A stretch of 64,000 bases of DNA, from contig CATQHZ020000001.1 of NCBI GenBank assembly GCA_958296135.2, positions 2,592,001-2,656,000 of the forward strand, in the 5' to 3' direction. Both the position numbers and the translations under genes were made by a program. Below are positions 1-8,347 of this stretch, one piece after another (position 1 is the first letter of the stretch; the number at the start of each line of letters is the position of its first letter). This stretch comes from an uncultured Poribacteria bacterium (GTDB lineage Bacteria > Poribacteria > WGA-4E > WGA-3G). The notes below the pieces were generated by a model that made no database searches, was not told where the DNA came from, and saw only the letters and a list, made by a program, of their open reading frames with translations.

Positions 1-2
1 GC

Positions 3-539
3 CTCGACATCGGCTGCGCAACGGGACGGCTCGTCTTTGCACTCGCAAAGCAAGGATATGCTCCCACCGGCATCGATGTCGCAGAAGAACAGATTGCGCA
101 AGCACAACAATTCGCCCAACAACGCAACTGCAACGCAACGTTTCTGCGATACCAACCGCCGACATTGCCGTTCCCCGATGCCTCATTTGACGCGGCGTCC
201 TTGGTGAAAACCTACTGCTATATCCCACACCGCGCAGCAAGAATCGCTTTTTTGTCAGAAATCGCACGAGTGCTAACGCCAAACGCATCTCTCTATCTGT
301 CTCAGCAAATTCTCGACCCTTTCTGTGACAATTACGAACCCACTTACGATGACAACTACCATCAATTCGCTTCGGACTACGAGACGCTAGAGGCAGGTGA
401 CAATTTCACACTCGGCACGCCGAATTACGTCCACTTCTTTTTGGCGGCAGACCTCGGGGAAGAAATAGCGGCATCACCGTTTCGGACAGTCGATGCATCT
501 CGCGAAGGTGATTTGTTAGTGTCCGTTTTGCAGAAATAG
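3..539 (+). CDS. Class I SAM-dependent methyltransferase (5' end outside window)
   Basis: The frame is open from base 3 and reads LDIGCATG (motif I), then GIDVAEEQI and LPFPDASFD. It continues into ORF 165..539. Confidence 0.85.
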   Translation, partial: LDIGCATGRLVFALAKQGYAPTGIDVAEEQIAQAQQFAQQRNCNATFLRYQPPTLPFPDASFDAASLVKTYCYIPHRAARIAFLSEIARVLTPNASLYLSQQILDPFCDNYEPTYDDNYHQFASDYETLEAGDNFTLGTPNYVHFFLAADLGEEIAASPFRTVDASREGDLLVSVLQK

Positions 540-642
540 AAAATACTGCCAGCGGATAGAGAAATTCATCCTGACAACTCTTGAATGCACAGTAAGGACA
601 GATTTCCATAACTGTCCGTGTGCTTTGCCGTGCAGGTGGCTT

Positions 643-1509
643 TCAATAGAAAATCCGAACCGAAAAACGCGAACTTTGCGCCGCATAGAACCCGCTCACA
701 AAAGCATAATCCAACGCGAGGTTGCCACCGTGATAGCCAAACCCGGCAGTGAGGCCGCGGGACACGCCTTCAGTAAATCGCCATCCCAACCGCACGGCGA
801 ACGTGTTATCTCCTGAATTGAACCGATACTCGCCGCCGATTAAGGGATGCCCGTTCGCCATATCAACGGCGACTAAACCACCATCGCCCCTCAGCGCAAC
901 GCCGACGCGCCATTCCCGCAAAAGTGATTCACTGTAACGTTCTACCGCCTCGCGCTCGTAAGCGACTTGCGATAGCAAATTCGGAAGCACCAGCCCGATT
1001 TTCACAGCACCTACGCGGATTTTTAACGCAGACTGCAGCCCGAAGTCTATCCCCCAACCCGCACCGATGCCTAGCGGCACCCCCGGCTCAAGATTAACCG
1101 AAGTCGAAAAGGACTTGACGTTAAACCCGACATACAGCGGAACCCGCGGCACACGCGCGGCAGCTGATAGCAAAACGATGCGTTCTTGCGATATACCCGC
1201 CGTATCGCTTGAACTCAGCACCGCCGCGCCTATCGTTTGGCCCAGCCGAATTGGGTGCGCCCAGCCGATAAAACTATAGCCGAGCAAGTCATAGAGTTCA
1301 ACGTAACTGAGCCCAATTTCGGGAGAGGACATCTGTGCCGCACCTGCCGGATTCCATAGCAGCGCGCTCGTATCGCGTGCCACCGCTGAATACGCGCCAC
1401 CCATACCCATCGCCCGCGCCGTCAACCCGATATTTTCAAACGCAGCACCCACTTCCATTTCGCAGAAAAATACAAAACCCATCAACGGAACAAGAAAGCG
1501 CGCCTTCAC
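643..1509 (-). CDS. PorV/PorQ-like outer-membrane beta-barrel protein
   Basis: N-terminal motif ARAMGMGGAYSAVARDTSALLWNPAG, alternating beta-strands, LDYAF near the end and an aromatic C-terminal residue. Start uncertain; GTG 1509 chosen. Confidence 0.75.
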   Translation of the reverse strand: MKARFLVPLMGFVFFCEMEVGAAFENIGLTARAMGMGGAYSAVARDTSALLWNPAGAAQMSSPEIGLSYVELYDLLGYSFIGWAHPIRLGQTIGAAVLSSSDTAGISQERIVLLSAAARVPRVPLYVGFNVKSFSTSVNLEPGVPLGIGAGWGIDFGLQSALKIRVGAVKIGLVLPNLLSQVAYEREAVERYSESLLREWRVGVALRGDGGLVAVDMANGHPLIGGEYRFNSGDNTFAVRLGWRFTEGVSRGLTAGFGYHGGNLALDYAFVSGFYAAQSSRFSVRIFY

Positions 1510-1678
1510 CGTTTGTGAGGAATCGTTAAAAATAAAAAACGTTTTTGGCCTCCCCCTCAAGCCGTTTATATCCGCCAATTCTATCAAAAGAAACGGCAGC
1601 TGTCAACTTAAATTTCACCACTTTTCAACCAACGCACTCCCAAAATCGTCTAAAATAAAACGGAATGCAGAACGAACT

Positions 1679-1709
1679 CGGTAGGCGCGGTTTGAAACCG
1701 CGCCTACCG
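1679..1709. repeat. GTAG-type REP-like palindrome (related copy at 36193-36219)
   Basis: cggtaggcgcggttt-g-aaaccgcgcctaccg is a perfect inverted repeat. Confidence 0.75.
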
Positions 1710-1817
1710 GTGCAGAATTATCACATTTGCGTTCCTGAAAATAAAAAACCTTGCTTAAACCTTAAAAGGTATGGTATCATATTTCTATCATCAAACGTGA
1801 GAAAAAGGAGAAAGCAA

Positions 1818-2615
1818 ATGCGCATATTGCGAATAGGATTGGCAAGTCTTATCGCCTCATGTTGGCTCATCGTGCCGCACAGCGGTGCAGACATTGACAG
1901 CAAAAATATCATGGGGATGTGGCTCTTTGACGAAGGCAAGGGCAACGTCGCCACTGATTCCTCTGACCAGGGTAACGATGGCGACATCCACGACGCGAAG
2001 TGGGTGAACGGCAAATTCGGAAAGGCTCTCGAATTCGACGGTGTCAGCAACTGGGTAGAGGTGCCGCATTCACCGACAGTCGGGTTTAAGGCGGGGACTT
2101 CTTTCACAATCACGCTCCATTTCAAGGGCAGCAAAGTCGGCGGCTCGCTCGTCGGCAAAAACTACGAGGATACCTCGCAGGCACTCCCGTGGTATCTACT
2201 CTGGGACGACGGGGCTAGCAACAAGGTAACCCTCTACCTACGCGATAGTGCTGGAACCAGTTTCCGGGCAGACGGCGCCACAGTTGTCGCTGACGAAAAG
2301 TGGCACTTCATCGTCGGAAGAGCGGACGCTAGCACCGGCATGGCATCCCTGTGGGTAGATGGCAAAATGGAAGGCGAAATCAAGTTCAACGAAAAAGAGG
2401 GATACGGCACAGCCGAAGGTGTCTTCCACATCGGGCGGCACTACGATAGGTATACCGCCGGCATCATTGACGATGTCGCGCTTTTCAACGTCGCCCTAGA
2501 CGAAGAAGACATGGAAACCGTCATGAACGAAGGTATCCAAACCGCTGCCGCCATCGAACCCGTCGACAAACTCACGACGACGTGGGGCAGAATCAAACGT
2601 GGGATGCAACGATGA
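1818..2615 (+). CDS. Secreted LamG/concanavalin A-like domain protein with C-terminal LTTTWG tail
   Basis: AGGAG RBS, signal peptide, WLFDEGKG..GKFGKALEFDG, IIDDVALFNVAL, and a C-terminal stretch EPVDKLTTTWGRIK. Confidence 0.85.
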   Translation: MRILRIGLASLIASCWLIVPHSGADIDSKNIMGMWLFDEGKGNVATDSSDQGNDGDIHDAKWVNGKFGKALEFDGVSNWVEVPHSPTVGFKAGTSFTITLHFKGSKVGGSLVGKNYEDTSQALPWYLLWDDGASNKVTLYLRDSAGTSFRADGATVVADEKWHFIVGRADASTGMASLWVDGKMEGEIKFNEKEGYGTAEGVFHIGRHYDRYTAGIIDDVALFNVALDEEDMETVMNEGIQTAAAIEPVDKLTTTWGRIKRGMQR

Positions 2616-3379
2616 AACAGATACAAACCGTTACGCCTATTCTAACATCTCTGCAGGCGTTCCTGCAGAAATTGACGTGCCTCGCGCTGGCGATACTGTT
2701 GTTCGCCGGACTGAATTGCGCGACGACAAACCCTGTGAACGAAGAGGGCCGCGTGGAAACGACAACCACAGAAGCCGCCGTGCAACCGACTCCCGCATCC
2801 GAAACGAGTGAACCGGAACTTGAAGCGGCACAACTGCAGGAAGAACAGCCCGCACTTGAACCCGCACCGCAGCCGGCAGAAGAGGAGGTAGAAGAAGTCG
2901 CCGAGAAGTTGGAACCGGGCGAAGGGTTAAGCCTCGGTAGTCAAGCACCGGCGTTTGAATTACCCGATGGCGAAGGAAAATTGCACGCACTCAACGATTA
3001 CATCGGCGACCAGAAGGTGGTTTTGGTATTCTACCGGGGCGGCTGGTGACCTTTCTGCAGAACGCAACTCGGTGAGTTGCAGAATAATTACGCAGCCATC
3101 AAAGCCGCAGGCGCAGAACTCATCGCTATCAGTTCTGATGGAAAAGCCGCAACCCGAAACACCGCGCAGAACCACGGCATCGACTTCCCGCTGCTAGCCG
3201 ATGCAGAACGCGAGGTTATCGCCGCTTACAACGTCATTGACCCGGGCAACAATCGCATCGCGCGGCCGACAACCTATCTCCTCACGTCAGATGGAAAAAT
3301 CGGTTGGAAGTTCCTCGATGTCCGATTGGGGGGACGGGTGCCGCCAGCGAAGATTATTGAGGAATTAGGTAAACTCTGA
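2612..3379 (+). CDS. Peroxiredoxin-like (AhpC/TSA) selenoprotein, UGA at 3047-3049 read as Sec; N-terminal signal and acidic linker
   Basis: ORFs 2582..3049 and 3077..3379 share a frame. Readthrough gives VLVFYRGGW-U-PFC, the CxxC position of the thioredoxin fold, followed by ELIAISSD, FPLLAD and RPTTYL. Confidence 0.85.
3053..3084 (+). promoter_or_regulatory. Candidate bacterial SECIS hairpin
   Basis: GCAACTC-GGT-GAGTTGC (3064-3080) plus a lower TTCT/AGAA pairing. The G-initiated apical loop lies ~22 nt after the UGA. Confidence 0.7.
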
Positions 3380-3512
3380 GAGCCGCGCCTCACCTCTGTA
3401 GTTTGAGCTCACCTGAAACTCTGACACCTGTGCCAAGTGAGCTCAAACGGGCCCGGACGGATGAAGATTCAGAAAAGAAACGGGGAATTTTGACTGACCG
3501 GCGGTATCAATT

Positions 3513-4631
3513 ATGAAAACAGACGACTCGGTTATTGCAAACATTCTTGCGGACAGCCAAGAAGCGGCCTGCCACCGAAACACACTAGACCGGCGGCAAT
3601 TTCTAACGCGGCTTGGCACCATCGGCGGAGGCGTTGCACTCAGCACGCTCCCGGCATTCGCGCAAATCGGCGGGCAGCAAATCGTGCCCGAACTCGGAGA
3701 AGCACAACCGTCCACACGCGTTGTGGAAGCCATCGGCAAAGAAGTCTGGGACGGCGAACGGCTCAATGACGCTATCGTCAGCGAGCTGCTCGATCAGGCG
3801 ATGATGAAACTGACAGGACGCGACTCCGCCAAAGAGGCATGGCGCGCCATCGTGCTTCCCGACGACATCGTCGGCATCAAAATCAATCCCCTCGGCGGGC
3901 CCGAACTCAGCACGCATTCCATCATCGTCGATAAAATTATTGAGGGGCTCTACGGCGCAGGCGTTCTCCGGAAACAGGTAATCATCTGGGACCGGTTTGA
4001 GAACCATCTGCTCAACGCTGGCTACCCGATAACGCCGGAGGAAGACGATGTTCGCATCATTGCCTCGGATACCGAGGAAATCGGCTACGACGACAAGGTA
4101 TTCTATGAATCCGAAAAGGATAGCTTCTCCCGCCGCGAAAACGGCAGCACCCGTTCCCGATACTCCCGCATCGTCACGCAGATGGTAGATGTGCTGATCA
4201 ATGTGCCGGTCTTGAAGCACCACGCAATAGCAGGCGTGAGCGGATGCCTCAAAAATCTCGCCTTCGGCAGCGTTGACAACACGCGTCGATTCCACGCGAA
4301 GCCCATCCACTGCGACCCTGCTGTCGGTGAAATTCTGCAACACAGCGCACTGAAGGAGAAACTCGTCCTGAACATCGTTGATGGGCTCGTCGCTTCCTTC
4401 GACCACGGGCCGACATACCACGCCGACAGCACGTGGCAATTCAACAGCCTCTTCGTCAGCGCAGACCCGGTTATTTTGGATGTGCTAGTGCTTCAGACAG
4501 TCAACCAGAAGCGCGAAGAGATGGAATTGAAATCGGTTTCCAAATTGGCCAACTATATCAACACTGCTAGCAGCCTGGGACTCGGCACAAACACGCTGGA
4601 GCAGGTCGATCTTCAGCAAGTGGAGGTTTAA
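3513..4631 (+). CDS. DUF362-domain protein with twin-arginine signal
   Basis: DRRQFL Tat motif; VGIKIN, INVPVLKHH, GCLKNL and DPVILD motifs. Confidence 0.8.
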   Translation: MKTDDSVIANILADSQEAACHRNTLDRRQFLTRLGTIGGGVALSTLPAFAQIGGQQIVPELGEAQPSTRVVEAIGKEVWDGERLNDAIVSELLDQAMMKLTGRDSAKEAWRAIVLPDDIVGIKINPLGGPELSTHSIIVDKIIEGLYGAGVLRKQVIIWDRFENHLLNAGYPITPEEDDVRIIASDTEEIGYDDKVFYESEKDSFSRRENGSTRSRYSRIVTQMVDVLINVPVLKHHAIAGVSGCLKNLAFGSVDNTRRFHAKPIHCDPAVGEILQHSALKEKLVLNIVDGLVASFDHGPTYHADSTWQFNSLFVSADPVILDVLVLQTVNQKREEMELKSVSKLANYINTASSLGLGTNTLEQVDLQQVEV

Positions 4632-4633
4632 CC

Positions 4634-4945
4634 ATGTTTTTATATTCGCGCAAAGCGTTCGGTATAGGTTGTCTTGGTAGGCTGCCTTCCTCTGCGTCTC
4701 GGCTTACGCGGGGGCTTCCGATAGCTATCACCCTATTGGCTCTTCTCTGCATCGCGGCGGTATTCTCCGGATGCACAGTCACCTTTACGCAAAACAACGC
4801 GCTCCAATTGGGCATCTCACAGCCGACAGCGGAAGTGACGCAGCTCGTCTCCGAATTTGAGGCAGGCGAAGAAAATAGCGTCGCCGGGGATGTTACACAG
4901 AAAACAGGTAGTGTGTGCGCGGGCGGCGCGTGTATTATCTATTGA
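4634..4945 (+). CDS. Small putative lipoprotein
   Basis: Hydrophobic stretch ending FSGC (lipobox-like), GGAGG upstream, C-terminal CAGGAC. Confidence 0.45.
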   Translation: MFLYSRKAFGIGCLGRLPSSASRLTRGLPIAITLLALLCIAAVFSGCTVTFTQNNALQLGISQPTAEVTQLVSEFEAGEENSVAGDVTQKTGSVCAGGACIIY

Positions 4946-4947
4946 AG

Positions 4948-5187
4948 TCAACTAGGGCATTCCCAAGGTAGCCCTATTGAAAGGACACGTCGCCCAAGCA
5001 TGTCTCTTGACGCGCCGTTGTCTGAACAAAGGTCCAGTTCGTGAATCTCATGTGCAAAATTGGCACGGTAGACTCGGCAGGCAGCTTTCCAATTATCCAC
5101 CGCCGCGATGGGTTCAAACCCGGCGTTTTGGAATCCGAGCGTCATCCCACCACATCCGGCAAAGAGGTCGATGAATTTTAGAGGCAT
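4948..5187 (-). pseudogene. Truncated C5-cytosine DNA methyltransferase (N-terminal fragment)
   Basis: FIDLFAGCGGMTLGFQNAGF..AVDNW covers motifs I-II. The ORF ends after 79 aa, before the catalytic GPPCQ motif. Confidence 0.75.
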
Positions 5188-5362
5188 TGCTGTTCCCTTT
5201 TGCGCGGAGCCAAGGATTCGCAGCCCTGTTCTTTCTCCACGCAGCCGCTTGCGTGAAGTCCTTATACCATTAGTTGCAGCACAGGCAGATCTTCGGGTGG
5301 TGCAGGAAATACGGATTTCTGCTGCACCACCCGAAAAATCCACCCGCAACCTCGTGACGACG

Positions 5363-5950
5363 CTAACGCGACTTCATCTGTCCCCACGTCGTCGTTAAAT
5401 TCCCCTCCGGATCTACCGGCAGGGCCCCTTCTTCAACGAAGATAGTCCACATAATCACCGGATCGCCGATTACCTCGTCGATACCAAGCAACTCCACCGC
5501 TCCTTCAAACGGTTCATTGGATTTGTAGATAAAATACTCCGTCGGATCGTGCGGTGCATCGAGGAATAACGTTTCCCCAGTATCGGTATAGGCTTTCGTA
5601 AACCAACCCTTCGGGTCTTGCCCACGTTCTTCCGGGCGTTTATGTCGACTGTCCCAAGCCGTGTAGACATACACCGGCCGATCGGTCTTAAACGTCAACT
5701 TGTAGTCCTGTCCGCCAGGACAATCTGCTGACGTGGAGACCTGGGTTAAGCCGAGGAACTCCTTCGGGATATTCGTAATCGTATAGTCCCGGTCGTGGAA
5801 GAATTTGCCGCCTTCTTCCAATTCCACGGCAGCATAGATGCCACCCTTGTTGTCCTCAATGTCAGTCACTTTCACCTGTTCCGCGAAAACGGTGAACAAA
5901 GTGACAGCCATCAAGGCGAGCGTCCAAACAGCAATCATTTTCATTTTCAT
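5363..5950 (-). CDS. Secreted hypothetical protein with C-terminal LTTTWG tail
   Basis: AGGAG RBS, signal peptide, ends PVDPEGNLTTTWGQMKSR. Confidence 0.8.
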   Translation of the reverse strand: MKMKMIAVWTLALMAVTLFTVFAEQVKVTDIEDNKGGIYAAVELEEGGKFFHDRDYTITNIPKEFLGLTQVSTSADCPGGQDYKLTFKTDRPVYVYTAWDSRHKRPEERGQDPKGWFTKAYTDTGETLFLDAPHDPTEYFIYKSNEPFEGAVELLGIDEVIGDPVIMWTIFVEEGALPVDPEGNLTTTWGQMKSR

Positions 5951-6300
5951 ATCTCCTTTTACATAAATTAAGGATTAGACGCGGTCTACTGAGAACAATA
6001 CACATTTTATATCGCAACCAGGAGGGCGCGCCTACAAGACAGGACGATTGCGTTTTCGGTTTTCGGCGTTTTCCATCGTGAAAATCCGATGCCCCGGCCG
6101 CGTAAGTCCAAATCGCCGGATCTGGACCTGTTCGGGATTGGGCTGCGCCGCTGGAAACCCGAACGACAGACAGGGAGAACTGAATCGTTCTGCCTACAAG
6201 AAAAAACTAATTGAAAAAAAACGCAAATTATGCGATACTTAAAAGTGTATCACAAATTTGGACAAATGTCCACAACATTTTCATTCAGGAAGGAACCACT

Positions 6301-6600
6301 ATGGTTGAACACATCGTCCTACTCAAACTGAAATCAGGTATCACCGCTGTGCAGCTAGAGACGCTGTCCGACGCGCTGCACGGCATGGCTGACAAAATTC
6401 CCGGCATTGCATCGATAACCGCCGGCACGAACAACAGCCCGGAAGGCAAAAGTCAGGGATATAACTACGGCTTCATCGTCAGATTTACGGACGAAGCGGC
6501 GCGCGATGCATATCTGCCGCACCCTTTTCACCGTCAGGTGGCCGGCGAACACATTCGTCCGCTCGTTGAGGACGTTCTGGTTTTTGATTACACGGCTTAA
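6301..6600 (+). CDS. Dabb family (stress-responsive A/B barrel) protein
   Basis: MVEHIVLLKLK..IPGI..YLPHPFH..VLVFDY. Confidence 0.85.
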   Translation: MVEHIVLLKLKSGITAVQLETLSDALHGMADKIPGIASITAGTNNSPEGKSQGYNYGFIVRFTDEAARDAYLPHPFHRQVAGEHIRPLVEDVLVFDYTA

Positions 6601-6639
6601 TTCACCGCATTTATGTAAAGCACAAAGGAGGACAACTTA

Positions 6640-8028
6640 ATGAACTGGAACATTGTCGTCGTTGTTTCAGACACGCTTCGCACGGCGTATCTCAGCCCTT
6701 ATGGCAACGATTGGATTCACACGCCGAATTTGGCGCGGTTCGCCGAACAGAGCGTCCGATTTACCAACGCACACCCAGAATGCCTGCCGACGATTCCGAC
6801 GCGCCGCACCTTACATACCGGCAGACGCGCCTTCCCTTTCAGCACTTATACACCGGTGCCATGGGACAACGTTTATACCCCCGGCTGGCAACCGATGTCA
6901 TCCGAGGAACCCGCCATCGCCGAATCGCTCGCTCGGGACGGATATCACACCGGTTTCTTCGCCGATGTACCGCATTACTTCGTCCCAGGGATGAACTTCA
7001 CGCGCGGGTTCCGGCAATGGGAATTCGTGCGCGGCCAAGCCGAAGACCGGTACCGCGGGGCAGCACACGCAGACCCGGCCTTGCTCTCGCGCTACCGCGG
7101 CAATCCGGAACGCATCCGCGCGCACATTGTCAACGTCCAACCCGAACGCCCAGAGGAGATGTGGCCCGCCGCACGGCTGTTCCGTTCGGCCATTGAGTTC
7201 GTTGAGCATAACTATCAGAACACGCCGTTTTACCTCTACGTTGACGGATTCACGCCGCACGAAACGTGGGAAGCACCGCTGCACTACTATGATTTGTATG
7301 GAAGCCGAGAGGACAGAGAACCCATCTGCCTCAACCTCCCCTACGGTTCACTCAACGATGAAGAACTCACGGCGCGCCTGCCCAGCGTCAAAGCAAATTA
7401 CGCGGGTTTGGTCACCCTCGTCGATACGTGGTTCGGTAAACTTGTTGATACGATAGACAGACTCGGTTTGCGGGAAAACACACTCATCTTCTTCCTCAGC
7501 GACCACGGTACCAACTTCGCCGAGAATCCGGACAAAGCCACCGGTAAACCCGCTAACTTTATGTATCCGGGCACGATGGATATCCCGATGATTGCCCGCC
7601 ATCCCGCCGGTGACAACGCTGGCACGACATGCGATGAATTTGTCTACACGCTCGATGTCCCTGCCACCGTAATAGCGGCGAGTGGTGTCACCCCTACCGG
7701 CGAAATTGAGGGGCAAAGCTTACTGCCGCTCATGGAAGGAAAAAGCGGCTTTGAATCGCGCGAATACCTCACCTGCCGGTATGTCAACTCTGTCTGGTAT
7801 AAAGACCGGCGAAGTTGGTATTTCTCCAGCGTTGATCTCCAGCAAGACACCCGTCTGTTCGATCTGGAGACAGACATCGCGTGTCAATACAACATTGCGG
7901 CGCAAGGCGCAGATCGGATTGCCCTCGCGCAGGAACGTATCTTAGCCGATGCAGGTGGACATCTGCCGCACTACAAACGCCAAGGCAGAACGGATGCCCT
8001 CGGCCGGCCGCAGTTTGCAGAAGCGTAA
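6640..8028 (+). CDS. Sulfatase-like hydrolase (alkaline phosphatase superfamily) with Thr at the nucleophile position
   Basis: NIVVVVSDTLR, TPNLARFA, PTIPTRRTLHTGR, PHETW and SDHG motifs. Confidence 0.85.
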   Translation: MNWNIVVVVSDTLRTAYLSPYGNDWIHTPNLARFAEQSVRFTNAHPECLPTIPTRRTLHTGRRAFPFSTYTPVPWDNVYTPGWQPMSSEEPAIAESLARDGYHTGFFADVPHYFVPGMNFTRGFRQWEFVRGQAEDRYRGAAHADPALLSRYRGNPERIRAHIVNVQPERPEEMWPAARLFRSAIEFVEHNYQNTPFYLYVDGFTPHETWEAPLHYYDLYGSREDREPICLNLPYGSLNDEELTARLPSVKANYAGLVTLVDTWFGKLVDTIDRLGLRENTLIFFLSDHGTNFAENPDKATGKPANFMYPGTMDIPMIARHPAGDNAGTTCDEFVYTLDVPATVIAASGVTPTGEIEGQSLLPLMEGKSGFESREYLTCRYVNSVWYKDRRSWYFSSVDLQQDTRLFDLETDIACQYNIAAQGADRIALAQERILADAGGHLPHYKRQGRTDALGRPQFAEA

Positions 8029-8105
8029 CTGCCTATCCGTTGAGCCGGGAACCCTGTCTGTCGCGATGCAAGAACCGCCACTTATTCCCGTAGGGCGAGG
8101 GCCCT

Positions 8106-8334
8106 CACGGTCACGTCTACAGCAAACAGGCGTGTGTCGCACCGCGAAAACACGGTCACGTCTACAGCAAACAAGCGTGTGTCGCACCGCGAAAACACGG
8201 TCACGTCTACAGCAAACAGGCGTGTGTCGCACCGCGAAAACACGGTCACGTCTACAGCAAACGGGCGTGTGTCGCACCGCGAAAGCACGGTCACGTCTAC
8301 AGCAAACAAGCGTGTGTCGCACCGCGAAAACACG
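8106..8334. repeat. Tandem array of five 45-bp units
   Basis: The unit cacggtcacgtctacagcaaac(a/g)(a/g)gcgtgtgtcgcaccgcgaaa(a/g) starts at 8106, 8151, 8196, 8241 and 8286. Confidence 0.95.
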
Positions 8335-8347
8335 CAACCTTATTGCA

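Noticed and set aside
3603-4439. Long antisense ORFs (also 8513..9187, 15937..16665, 58364..59188)
   Set aside because: They lie opposite well-supported genes, have no motifs, and are expected from GC-rich codon bias.
6175-6191. AGAAC-N6-GTTCT palindrome, identical at 26596-26612, as a LexA-like operator
   Set aside because: The spacing does not fit GAAC-N4-GTTC, and the first copy continues into gcctac, so it is more likely a REP-family remnant.
8106-8334. Possible CRISPR array (45-bp period)
   Set aside because: The units are contiguous and near-identical with no unique spacers, and there are no cas genes in the window.
7949-8347. Repeat-encoded N-terminal extension of the MBL protein, and similar ORFs over 52086-52417 and 59403-60186
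   Set aside because: These are translations of non-coding DNA repeats that recur intergenically elsewhere. The recognisable proteins start downstream.
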